Source of the DNA: a virus
Lineage: Duplodnaviria; Caudoviricetes
Reading direction: 5' to 3' (one strand)
IMG/VR virus record: IMGVR_UViG_3300025916_000012
Span: 853 to 64,852 of that record
DNA: 64,000 nt
The translations under genes were made by a program, and so were the position numbers. The notes below the pieces were generated by a model. That model was not told the origin of the DNA. It searched no databases and saw only the letters and a list, made by a program, of their open reading frames with translations. Each line of letters opens with the position of its first letter. The stretch's first letter is position 1. This document shows, piece by piece, positions 1 to 8,107 of this stretch.

Positions 1-304
1 AGGATGCCCGCGGCGGAGATAGTCAGTAGTTGGTACGGAGCGGAGCGCGCGTATCCGTAGTTACTACGCGGGAGGGGGCGCAAGTCGCACACTCTCACAC
101 AGACACACACAGCTCGCACCCTCATATAGCACTCTCGCATATAGCCTTCATTCTTCGCTCGCATCGCTCGCATCGCTCTTCGCTCTCATCCCTTCGCTTC
201 GCTCACCAAGAATCCTTTTTCATGGCTCTCTGAACTCATATAGACACTCTCTATATATAGGCCTCATATGCAGCCTTCGTTCAGCCATCGCTCTGGCGCA
301 CGGC

Positions 305-346
305 AAAAAAAGGGCGCTGCCAAGATTGCTCTCAGCAACGCCCTTC
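305..346 (-). terminator. Rho-independent terminator closing the leftward early operon
   Basis: AAGGGCG(C)TGC...GCA(A)CGCCCTT stem with A7 at 305-311 (U7 on the minus strand), just after ORF 358-717. Confidence 0.7.
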
Positions 347-357
347 ATTCGCTTCAT

Positions 358-717
358 TCAGCAGCTGGCTCTCAGCTTCACTGGGTCTGGGCCTTCATTC
401 TCGAAGTCCATTCCATTGAAGCTCACACCATCTCCAAACACGTACACATCTGTCAGGAAGTGGCCAATCAGCCTCTGGCCATACAGGCTCACACGCCAAT
501 GGCTGATATAGCAACGGCCTCTCCACGAGATCTGCGAATGCGGCTTGAGCGTCGCTCGGAAGCTTCGCTTGTGCACCCAGCTCGTTGTGCAGTGGCTCAC
601 ATCGCCTCTGTGCAGCTCACAGACTCGAATCGCACTGTGGCTCGCTCCCACGGTTGCGCCTGCACCTGAGATGGCTAAGGCAATGCTCGCCAGCACGCTC
701 GTCATTGGGCCCATCAT
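358..717 (-). CDS. Putative secreted protein
   Basis: N-terminal hydrophobic signal-like stretch (SVLASIALAISGAGATVGA); overlaps the end of ORF 714-989. Confidence 0.6.
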   Translation of the reverse strand: MMGPMTSVLASIALAISGAGATVGASHSAIRVCELHRGDVSHCTTSWVHKRSFRATLKPHSQISWRGRCYISHWRVSLYGQRLIGHFLTDVYVFGDGVSFNGMDFENEGPDPVKLRASC

Positions 718-989
718 GAGACACCGTCCTCATAGATCGACTTGCCGTCATCGGTCACATCGATGTAGATGGGCTTACCATCGCTGCCGTAGACCTGGCA
801 GACATAGGAGTTAGCCGACTTGTGCGTGCAGAACGAGACCGAGTAGTTGTCTGACCAGTTCTCGCCCGGGTCCTGGAAGAACGAGTTCAGGTCGCTCTTG
901 ACCTGGGCGGCTTTGCCAGGTGCACTCGAGCCGCAGCCGGCGGCTGCAAGCACTACGGCTATCGCTGCTGCTGTGATCGTCTTCTTCAT
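714..989 (-). CDS. Lipoprotein
   Basis: MKK + hydrophobic core + lipobox LAAAGC; 4-nt overlap coupling. Confidence 0.75.
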   Translation of the reverse strand: MKKTITAAAIAVVLAAAGCGSSAPGKAAQVKSDLNSFFQDPGENWSDNYSVSFCTHKSANSYVCQVYGSDGKPIYIDVTDDGKSIYEDGVS

Positions 990-1231
990 GAGCAGGTGAT
1001 CCCCTTGGCTGCCTCAGCAGCCTTCATGGCGCTCTGAGCCAGCTCTCGGAGCGTCGCAGGACTCGCAGTGCCAGTCGTGTCGAAGTTCTTGGCCCACGCC
1101 TGCTCCTTGGCCCACATGGTCTGGCACCAGTTGTCGGCAATCTGCTGGGCAGTGGGGCCACCAGGGCCATTGCCACAGCCGGCGACTGCGAGTGCTGCGG
1201 CCACTGCGGCCGCGATTGCTGCTTTGCGCAT
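986..1231 (-). CDS. Lipoprotein
   Basis: MRK + hydrophobic core + lipobox LAVAGC; ACCAACCA-GAAGGAG RBS. Confidence 0.75.
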   Translation of the reverse strand: MRKAAIAAAVAAALAVAGCGNGPGGPTAQQIADNWCQTMWAKEQAWAKNFDTTGTASPATLRELAQSAMKAAEAAKGITCS

Positions 1232-1311
1232 GATGCGCTCCTTCTGGTTGGTTGTTTGGTCCGCTTACTTAGCGGCACAGAGGCAGAGCGCGTGGCTCTG
1301 CCCTTGTGTCG

Positions 1312-1389
1312 CTACGCCAAGCAGTGCACGGCGAAGATCACGAGGGCCAAGACGATGGCCAGTGCGATGAAGCGCAGGAACTCCCTCAC
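1312..1389 (-). CDS. 25-aa membrane peptide (MREFLRFIALAIVLALVIFAVHCLA)
   Basis: Not in ORF track; GTG overlaps the TGA of 1386-1568; one hydrophobic helix; followed by a hairpin at about 1274-1310. Confidence 0.5.
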   Translation of the reverse strand: MREFLRFIALAIVLALVIFAVHCLA

Positions 1390-1568
1390 ACCGCGTGCTG
1401 GGCCAGCGCTTGTTGGTGCTGGGTGGCCTCGGCCTTCTCGATTTCGAGCTCGAGGCCCTCGCGCACGATTCGAGCGACTAGCCCACGCTGGGTTGCGTCA
1501 GGGCCGATGAGCTTGAGGTCCTGGGCGCGCTCGGCCAGCTCGTTCGGGATGTACGTCGTGATGTTCAT
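1386..1568 (-). CDS. Ribbon-helix-helix (CopG/Arc-like) DNA-binding protein
   Basis: MNITTYIPNELAERAQ..LVARIVREGLELE strand-helix-helix pattern. Confidence 0.6.
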   Translation of the reverse strand: MNITTYIPNELAERAQDLKLIGPDATQRGLVARIVREGLELEIEKAEATQHQQALAQHAV

Positions 1569-1968
1569 CTAGCTCATTCCCTCGATCCCGACGCGCACGA
1601 TCTCGCGCTCGGGATAGTTCTTCTTGAACCACTCGCGAGCCTCTCGCTCGCTGGTGGCCTTCGTCATCGCTTGCGCAACTCCAGTCCCTCCGGGGTTGGT
1701 ATGGGCAATCAGCCAGTTGGCTACGCGCAGCTCAGCCATCTGCGTTCTCCTCGTGGTGGTGGATGTAGCTGGCCCCACCCGTGTCGATCGTCCGCAGCGC
1801 ACACGGAGCGCACACGGCGCCCACGTGGTCCATCGTCCATTCGCCATCGGCCACGATCGGGCACGGCTCGGTGGCCGGCTCCTCTGTGTAGGGCCAGTCC
1901 TTGTTGGTCTGGGGTCGGTTGTGCCAGTCGCAATAACTGGATTCGCAGTTGCATCTCATACGGCTCAT
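1569..1968 (-). CDS. Two small hypothetical proteins (1569-1739; Cys/His-rich 1732-1968)
   Basis: Coupled ORFs with phage-like codon usage; CxC and CxxC motifs in the second. Confidence 0.55.
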
Positions 1969-2456
1969 ACGGCCACATCGACGTGATGGCAGTTCTCGCA
2001 GCGGTAGTAGGTGTCCCAGCCACCGCCATAGTTCTGGGTGTGGCGCAGCTTGTGCATCAGCTTGCGCTTCCCGCAGGCCGGGCAAATGCGCCGGCCTGTA
2101 CGGAGCTCCTCCTCGTAATCGACTTGGGATTCATGATCGTGGCTCTCTTGGTCGCTATCGGCCTCTGAGAGCCTCTCAGGCAGCACGCTGTAGATGTGGG
2201 CGTCGCTCAATCGGCCTACGAGCCGGTAGCGGTCGAGCATCCCACGCGTGTAGCCCTTCAGACGGCCTTCGGACTCGAGACGCTCGAGCACTTCGATTGC
2301 TCGGCCGAGGTCGCCTTCGGGCTCGGGGAACTCCGGGATGCAGCGCTCGATGCACCAGACGCCAAAGGGCCGAGACCAGTTGACTCGGTCGCCCTTGGCG
2401 AACTGCTTGCCGCATCGAACGCAGTAGCTGTCGCCGTATTGCGTGGCAATGATCAC
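1965..2456 (-). CDS. Zinc-ribbon-containing hypothetical protein
   Basis: CVRC, CPAC and CENC motifs. Confidence 0.65.
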   Translation of the reverse strand: MIIATQYGDSYCVRCGKQFAKGDRVNWSRPFGVWCIERCIPEFPEPEGDLGRAIEVLERLESEGRLKGYTRGMLDRYRLVGRLSDAHIYSVLPERLSEADSDQESHDHESQVDYEEELRTGRRICPACGKRKLMHKLRHTQNYGGGWDTYYRCENCHHVDVAV

Positions 2457-2524
2457 TTCTTGCCCTTCCCGACTTTGTGGCCGGCCATGTTCAGCGACAG
2501 GCCGGTGGTGGTGCTGAGGGCCAT
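2453..2524 (-). CDS. 23-aa micro-ORF (MALSTTTGLSLNMAGHKVGKGKK)
   Basis: AACCAACCAACCAGAAGGAGG RBS upstream of ATG; TGA overlaps the GTG of the next gene. Confidence 0.5.
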   Translation of the reverse strand: MALSTTTGLSLNMAGHKVGKGKK

Positions 2525-2647
2525 TGCTGGCCTCCTTCTGGTTGGTTGGTTAGCTGAGCAGCTTGAAGATGCCCAGCAGGTCGAACAGCCGGCCGATGCC
2601 ATCGAGCACGCCGAGCGCAACCCCGATGATCCACAGCAGGCGCCTGG

Positions 2648-2995
2648 TCATGGCCGATCAGCGCGCCACGGCGGAACGTTGCTCAGGCACTGCAGCCGCG
2701 ACTCCAGCTGATCGGCGCCCCAGTAGCACGCCTGCCGCGACGGGTACATGTCGTTGCCGTCAACCTGGCTGTGCATCAGGATCGACGGGTCCAGGCAGTA
2801 GTTGAAGCCGCCAGCAGCAATGTGCTGGAGGATCTGCTCGACATCGGCTTCGAAGCCCAGCGTGTAGAGCACGCCGACGGCCGACACGGTCTCGTACTCG
2901 CCGATGCCGGCGTTGTACTGCTCCATGAGCAGATGGCAGTGGGCGACCATCTGGTGGACCGCTTCCTGGACCTGCTCTTCGGTGAGGGTGGGCAT
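2648..2995 (-). CDS. Hypothetical protein
   Basis: 115-aa ORF preceded by ACCAACCA-GAAAGGGG. Confidence 0.7.
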   Translation of the reverse strand: MPTLTEEQVQEAVHQMVAHCHLLMEQYNAGIGEYETVSAVGVLYTLGFEADVEQILQHIAAGGFNYCLDPSILMHSQVDGNDMYPSRQACYWGADQLESRLQCLSNVPPWRADRP

Positions 2996-3087
2996 AGCGC
3001 CCCTTTCTGGTTGGTTGACAAAGGACAGCTGCCTGTCCTTTGCTCAGCGCCCTGTCGAAACAAGACGCTGTGCAAAAGACCCGTCAG

Positions 3088-3285
3088 CTACACGAAGAAG
3101 CTCGCCGGCGCCTCACGCGCCGTCTTCAGCGTGAACTCGAGGTCCTGCTGCCTGCGCTCCGTGAACTTCAAGATCGTGCGAGCGCTCTCGACCTCAGCGT
3201 TGGCATCGGCAAGCTCATTCTCGAGCCAGCGAACGCGCTCAGCCTTGGCCTCGATGGCAGCAAGAGCGGCGATTGGATCGGGCAT
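3088..3285 (-). CDS. Coiled-coil hypothetical protein
   Basis: Heptad-rich 65 aa; motif plus RBS upstream. Confidence 0.65.
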   Translation of the reverse strand: MPDPIAALAAIEAKAERVRWLENELADANAEVESARTILKFTERRQQDLEFTLKTAREAPASFFV

Positions 3286-3308
3286 GATGCCCCTTTCTGG
3301 TTGGTTGG

Positions 3309-3962
3309 TTATGCGTTGAGCCGACGGACAATGTCGTCGACAGTGAGGCCGCGTGCGAGTAGCGCCGCGACAAGTTTGTTGCGTTCGCGTCCCCACGCGC
3401 GTCGGGTGGAAGGCCCGGTCGGGTACACACGCCGCACAAGGTCGCCGTCCGCGTTGCGGTAGGCATTGCCGAGGAGCGGGTCCTCGTCGTTGGTGGGGCG
3501 GTCGTCGCCAGGAGTCGGAGTGATGTACTCGAGGATGTCCGGGAGCACCTCAACCTCCGGGTTGGTGTGGGGCGCGTCGGGGATAGCGAGGATCGCGCGA
3601 CGTAGGCGCGCAATCAGTTCGTCGGTGGTGCCGAGCGACGGTTCAGGATTGGGCACCGCGTCGGGGACCGAGTGAGTCGGGGGTCCTGTGAGCGGAAGCC
3701 GTGCGCGAGGGCGCGTCGGCATTACGTGAGCCGGAGGCGCCATCCGCTTGGGAGCCGGGCGAGTCGCGTACTTCTCGAGGTGAGTGATGTAGGCGACGAC
3801 CGCACGAGCCCGAGTCGGGTAGTCGTCGGGATGGAACACGACCGAGCGCTCAAGGTCGGTCGGCGGAGTGGGTAGGCCGAGCGCACTCAGAAAGTCGCGG
3901 TCGGCGTCGGCGGCCCCACGGGGAGACAGGCCGAGTGCAGAGAGTAGAGAGTTTGTGTCCAT
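3309..3962 (-). CDS. Pro-rich hypothetical protein, probably leaderless
   Basis: 217-aa ORF whose ATG is 8 nt after a TAAAAT -10 box. Confidence 0.7.
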   Translation of the reverse strand: MDTNSLLSALGLSPRGAADADRDFLSALGLPTPPTDLERSVVFHPDDYPTRARAVVAYITHLEKYATRPAPKRMAPPAHVMPTRPRARLPLTGPPTHSVPDAVPNPEPSLGTTDELIARLRRAILAIPDAPHTNPEVEVLPDILEYITPTPGDDRPTNDEDPLLGNAYRNADGDLVRRVYPTGPSTRRAWGRERNKLVAALLARGLTVDDIVRRLNA

Positions 3963-3970
3963 ATACGTGT

Positions 3971-3999
3971 ATTTTACCGAATATGCTTGTAAATCTCAA
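3971..3999 (-). promoter_or_regulatory. Sigma-A-type promoter TTGAGA-17-TAAAAT
   Basis: Hexamers at 3994-3999 and 3971-3976 with a 17-nt spacer in an AT-rich gap. Confidence 0.75.
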
Positions 4000-4127
4000 G
4001 AAAGTGACACCGTTACGTAGCGTGGGGAGTTGGCGGAGAGTTAGGTCAGCTCGAAAATGCACGTATAGGCTCAGATTTGCTCGAGACGTGCTGTGCGCCG
4101 CAGAGCGCGCCTCCGCCGGCCTCGCGC

Positions 4128-4173
4128 AGAACCTAGCCAGAATTGGTAGGGGGGTTGGTTTTGGCTAGGTTCT
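4128..4173. repeat. Inverted-repeat element copy 1 (AACCTAGCCA-N22-TGGCTAGGTT)
   Basis: 12-bp perfect arms AGAACCTAGCCA / TGGCTAGGTTCT; related copies at 25791 and 59636. Confidence 0.85.
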
Positions 4174-4195
4174 CGCATCGACTTGAGCACAGGCA

Positions 4196-4232
4196 AAAAG
4201 AGAGGGAGCCCAGCGTCATGCTGAGCTCCCCC
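4196..4232 (-). terminator. Probable terminator after the AAA/Ubl operon
   Basis: GGGAGC(C)CAGC/GCTG(A)GCTCCC stem followed by TCTCTTTTT on the minus strand; second hairpin at about 4272-4312. Confidence 0.55.
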
Positions 4233-4324
4233 CTGGTTGGTCCCGTCCTGCGCGCCCCAGCCCTCCAAGATTGAGGGAGGGCAGCGGATGCCGATACCGC
4301 CGCCCTCCCTGCCCCCGGCCGCTT

Positions 4325-4723
4325 CTACCAGTTGGCGATGGAGTGGAAGTACTCCTCGCCTTTCTGGCTCGAGAGCAGCATCGCTATCGCCAGGTTGTAG
4401 TCATCCTGGGGAACGTTGTGCATGTGAACGCAGTAGTTGCTCCCAGGCCAAACCGTCACCTTCTGCTTCTCGTAGCCATACCGGCAGCCGACCTTGAACT
4501 CGGCCTTGCTCGGTCCCACATACGTCGGGGCATAGTCACACCGCAGCTTATAGCGGCGCTTGCCGTCATGGCTGATGACATGGAACCGGCCATAGGTTTC
4601 GTACTCGCGCTGTTGCTCTTCGTTCAGGAACGAGAACAGCAGCTCACGGGCCCTGGCGTAAGGACCATCGGGCTCGGCACGGCTCGCCCGGCATATGTCG
4701 CAGTTGCATCCGTCAACAGCCAC
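4325..4723 (-). CDS. Hypothetical Cys-His protein, partner of the GG-motif protein
   Basis: YCVHMHNVPQDDYNLAIAMLL C-terminal motif; start overlaps the end of 4713-4937. Confidence 0.7.
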   Translation of the reverse strand: MAVDGCNCDICRASRAEPDGPYARARELLFSFLNEEQQREYETYGRFHVISHDGKRRYKLRCDYAPTYVGPSKAEFKVGCRYGYEKQKVTVWPGSNYCVHMHNVPQDDYNLAIAMLLSSQKGEEYFHSIANW

Positions 4724-4937
4724 CTGCCATCGGACGGATCACGATGATCTCCTCCGCCTCCGGGTCCCACTTCTGCATGATCTCCGACTCACCGGGCCCC
4801 GTGACCTCGATGCCTCGGTGCCCTTGGGCCACGAGACTCTCGAACGCGTCCATGGCCGTCTTGGTCTCCTTCTTGTCCTTCGGGTCCCAGGTGAGCGTGC
4901 TGTGCCCGTTCGGACCCATCGTCTTCATGGTTCCCAT
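4713..4937 (-). CDS. Putative ubiquitin-like / beta-grasp protein ending PMAGG-C
   Basis: 74 aa; strand-strand-helix-strand-strand-strand pattern by eye; EEIIVIRPMAGG resembles MoaD/ThiS/SAMP C-termini. Confidence 0.55.
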   Translation of the reverse strand: MGTMKTMGPNGHSTLTWDPKDKKETKTAMDAFESLVAQGHRGIEVTGPGESEIMQKWDPEAEEIIVIRPMAGGC

Positions 4938-5011
4938 CGATCCTCCTGTTGGTTGGTTGGTGGGCCAGGCAGGGAAGTGCCTGACCCACCAGTTGGTTTG
5001 TGCCCCCGGTG

Positions 5012-6550
5012 TCAGCCCTGGCCGTTCGTGGCCAGTGTCAGCACGTGGTCGTCGTCCAGATCGTGGATCTCTGACCCGTGCAAGGTGGTCTTGACTGCAG
5101 TACTGACCTCGCTGCGGATTGCCGTTGCCAGCGAGTCGGCCTCGACGCCCTCCTGGGCGCCCTCCATGAGCTCGAGCTGGGGGCGTAGACCCTGAGCCGC
5201 CAACACGAAGTCGTCGGTCTCGAGGATGTCTGGCACGCCGCCATCACGAGCAATCGCGTAGCGCATCGTCCGGTCAATCGCCTCCTTGACGAACGCCGGC
5301 AGGTAGCCCTCCATCGATGCGTACACCCGGTCGTAGTCGAGCTCACCGAGGATGGCGGTGGGCACGATGGCCTTGACCATGCGCTCGACGCCGTTGCGGT
5401 CCAGCGCCCCGATGTGGATCACCGCATCGAGCCGGCCCGGCCGCACCATCGCCTTGTGGATGCGCTCCTTGTGGTTGGTCGTGAGCACCGCAACGATCTC
5501 GGTGCCCTTGGCCTGGATGCCATCGAACATGTCCAGCAGCCTCGTAATCCCGTCCCGGTCGTCGGTGCCCTTCGCGATCACGTCAACGTCCTCGAAGAAG
5601 ACGATGCACGGCTGGTAGAGCCGAGCCATCCCCATCACCTGCTGGAGGTTGTCTCGGGCCGGGCGGCAGTACAGGAACGTCCACCCGTGGTTCGTGGCCA
5701 CCTGAGCCGTTAGGAAGGCCGCCAGGGTCTTTCCTGTCCCGTATGGGCCCTCCAGCAACACCGCCCGCTTGCGCGGGATGTTCATCTGGCGCAGCACCGC
5801 CGTGTGCTCCAGCACCGACCACAGGTTGGCCTGCAGCTGCAGGATCGCATCGTCGGCATAGATGACCTCAGCCGGGTTGACCCCGGTGAGGTCCAGGAAC
5901 TCCGGCTCAGCCTGGCCATCGACCGCCTGGCCCTTGTAGATCGAATGGGTATTGAGCTCCTCTTCGATCACGTCGAACAGACCCTCGATGTGCGCCTCGT
6001 ACTTGCGGGGCGCTTCGACGATCAGCAGAAACAGCGGCCCCAGTTCCCTGCTGTTCTGGTAGTGCAGGATCATCGTCCCCTCGAAGCTCGGGACGTTCAC
6101 CTGGCCCGCCGGAACCTGCAGCGTCTCCTTGACGCCGATGTTGATCGTGCGTCGCTCTGGCGGCTCCTTACCGAAGAACGTCCAGGTCGCCTTGCCGATC
6201 CCTGCCGAGCCGAATACGCGCTTGAGAGCGCGCTCCAGTGCCGCTGCCCCATCGTCGGGGCGGTAACGGAACTTGCGGCTGAACCGAGTCCGCGTCTCCT
6301 GCTGCTCGATGTAGTTGTTGAGGAACGTCACCGCGTCCTGCGGAGCCATCGTGGCCGGCAGCACCATCCGAGTGCCCTCACGAGCGATGGCGTCTTCGCC
6401 TACTCGCTTGGCCCCGAGTCGCTCGAGCTCTCCCAGGATCGCTTCCTGCAGTAGCTCAGCGTCGGTCTTCTTCTTCACCTGCCCGGACAGTGCCTCGACC
6501 TGGTCGGTGAGTTCCTCCAACGTCGGCTTCTTGCTACGACTCTGTGACAC
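5012..6550 (-). CDS. AAA+ ATPase (classical clade) with an uncharacterised N-domain
   Basis: Walker A GPYGTGKT, Walker B IVFFEDVD, SRH TTNH..RPGRLD; GTG start after ACCAACCA..GAGGAG (ORF track starts at 6613). Confidence 0.9.
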   Translation of the reverse strand: MSQSRSKKPTLEELTDQVEALSGQVKKKTDAELLQEAILGELERLGAKRVGEDAIAREGTRMVLPATMAPQDAVTFLNNYIEQQETRTRFSRKFRYRPDDGAAALERALKRVFGSAGIGKATWTFFGKEPPERRTINIGVKETLQVPAGQVNVPSFEGTMILHYQNSRELGPLFLLIVEAPRKYEAHIEGLFDVIEEELNTHSIYKGQAVDGQAEPEFLDLTGVNPAEVIYADDAILQLQANLWSVLEHTAVLRQMNIPRKRAVLLEGPYGTGKTLAAFLTAQVATNHGWTFLYCRPARDNLQQVMGMARLYQPCIVFFEDVDVIAKGTDDRDGITRLLDMFDGIQAKGTEIVAVLTTNHKERIHKAMVRPGRLDAVIHIGALDRNGVERMVKAIVPTAILGELDYDRVYASMEGYLPAFVKEAIDRTMRYAIARDGGVPDILETDDFVLAAQGLRPQLELMEGAQEGVEADSLATAIRSEVSTAVKTTLHGSEIHDLDDDHVLTLATNGQG

Positions 6551-6658
6551 AGAGCTCCTCTCGTGTTGGTTGGTATGAGTTGGGCGGGTTGCTGGCCACT
6601 TCCCCATGCCCAATCCCCGCGTCTAGGGACAGTTGACCCCTGGCCAGAGGGAAACTTG

Positions 6659-8023
6659 CTAGAGCCGCTGCGCTAGCAGCCCCGTGCGCGGTCCCAGTCG
6701 CCACATCGCAACGGCGTTCTCAGGCACCCCCGACCACGATTGAGTGGCTTCGAGCTCGGTGAACCCGAGGTTGGCTACGGGCCCCACGGCGAAGATGCCT
6801 ATGGATTCCTGGATGGCCACCAAGCAGCGGTCAACTCCGAAATTCTCCCTGGTGTAACCGCCCAGACTCTCGTAACGACTGAACCCGCCGCAGAAGATCG
6901 CCAGGTCATAGCGCCTCTCGTTGACGATCGCTCCGTAGTAGTCGCCACGGAGATCGGCCTTGGTGCGAATGACTCGAACCGGGGCTTTCGATTCGGCGTT
7001 GACGCTCGGCAGCAACGAAGCCAGCCGGCGGTAGCGACCCCGCACCACATCCCTGAAGCCCTCGCAGTTCTTCGGCAGGTCGCCGGCGTACCAGTCGCAC
7101 TGTTCGATCCGATCGAGATCGGGCACCGACATGTGGCGGGCTGGGCTCATTCCAAACAGAGCCTCGACTGCGCACTTACCACTGTCGCCGCCTCCGACCA
7201 CGGCCACGCGGCGCAGACCCCGCAGCGGGAATGGCTCATCCATCCGAGCCATGAACTGGCTGAAGGTAATCACGTTCCTGCCGCTGCTACCGAACACCCT
7301 CTCGATACCCATCCCTCGGGCATCGATAACTCGGCGCCCCCGGACCGTCCAGCTGGTGGGGTCCTTGTCATCGGAGCTGTTGATCGACACCGACCAGGCG
7401 GGACCGGGGCCATTGCCTCGCGTGATAGCCCTCACCCGCTTGCCGGTTGCCACCTTGGCGTACAGCGCCAGGGCCAACCGGATCGCGAAGGCGATGTCCG
7501 CATTGGACTGAAACTCATCAGCCGAGATCATCGAAGGCTGGATGAGCGCGCCCGGAATCGTGTTCAGAGCTCCGCCCGATCCTGGGACGTTCGCTGGACC
7601 TGGGCGATTGCGCGAGTTAGACCAGAACGACGGGCCACGGCTGGGCGCGAATGCCCCGCCCACCCGATCGTTCTGCTCGACCACCAATGGTGGTGGATGG
7701 CCGTTGGCCACGCGCACCGCGCAGTAGACCGCAGCGTGGTAGCCCGAGCCAATCACGATCTCCTCGTGTGGCCGGCTGCCCATGCCAATGTTCTTCTTGC
7801 GGTCGGCAGCCCAGTCCTCGTCCATCAGAGTCTCGAGCTGTGCCCTGGCCTTGGGATTCATGGCGATTGCCATGAGCTCGGTGGCCAGTTCTTGCTCCGC
7901 GCCCTTGAAGGGCAACTCCTGCTTTCGTGCGCTCAGCGCCTGCCATTCCTGGGCGTAATCGTTGAGTCGTCGCACGAGCTCGAGGCGCTTTGCGAAGCGT
8001 TCGGGCAGCGTGAGGTAGTTCAT
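6659..8023 (-). CDS. FAD/NAD(P)-dependent oxidoreductase (two dinucleotide-binding domains)
   Basis: IVIGSGYHA and VAVVGGGDSG Rossmann motifs; DARGMG, IFCGG and IFAVG motifs. Confidence 0.75.
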   Translation of the reverse strand: MNYLTLPERFAKRLELVRRLNDYAQEWQALSARKQELPFKGAEQELATELMAIAMNPKARAQLETLMDEDWAADRKKNIGMGSRPHEEIVIGSGYHAAVYCAVRVANGHPPPLVVEQNDRVGGAFAPSRGPSFWSNSRNRPGPANVPGSGGALNTIPGALIQPSMISADEFQSNADIAFAIRLALALYAKVATGKRVRAITRGNGPGPAWSVSINSSDDKDPTSWTVRGRRVIDARGMGIERVFGSSGRNVITFSQFMARMDEPFPLRGLRRVAVVGGGDSGKCAVEALFGMSPARHMSVPDLDRIEQCDWYAGDLPKNCEGFRDVVRGRYRRLASLLPSVNAESKAPVRVIRTKADLRGDYYGAIVNERRYDLAIFCGGFSRYESLGGYTRENFGVDRCLVAIQESIGIFAVGPVANLGFTELEATQSWSGVPENAVAMWRLGPRTGLLAQRL

Positions 8024-8107
8024 CGGCAACCTCCTTGGTTGGTTCAGGTTGGTTGTGGTTGGTTGGTGGGCGGACGGCGTAACCAACCAGGAAACCGCCG
8101 CCCGCCC

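Noticed and set aside
4130-4171. The 42-bp inverted repeats as intrinsic terminators or MITE/IS ends
   Set aside because: A 22-nt loop and no U-tract argue against terminators; no transposase or target-site duplication is evident
5012-6550. AAA ATPase as an Mpa/ARC proteasome ATPase
   Set aside because: No GQYL/HbYX tail (ends NGQG), no recognisable OB/coiled-coil N-domain and no obvious aromatic pore loop
6659-8023. Oxidoreductase as the E1 (ThiF) enzyme for the GG protein
   Set aside because: Two Rossmann motifs and the ATG/GD-type motifs indicate a flavoprotein reductase/monooxygenase; ThiF-specific motifs and Zn-binding CxxC pairs are absent
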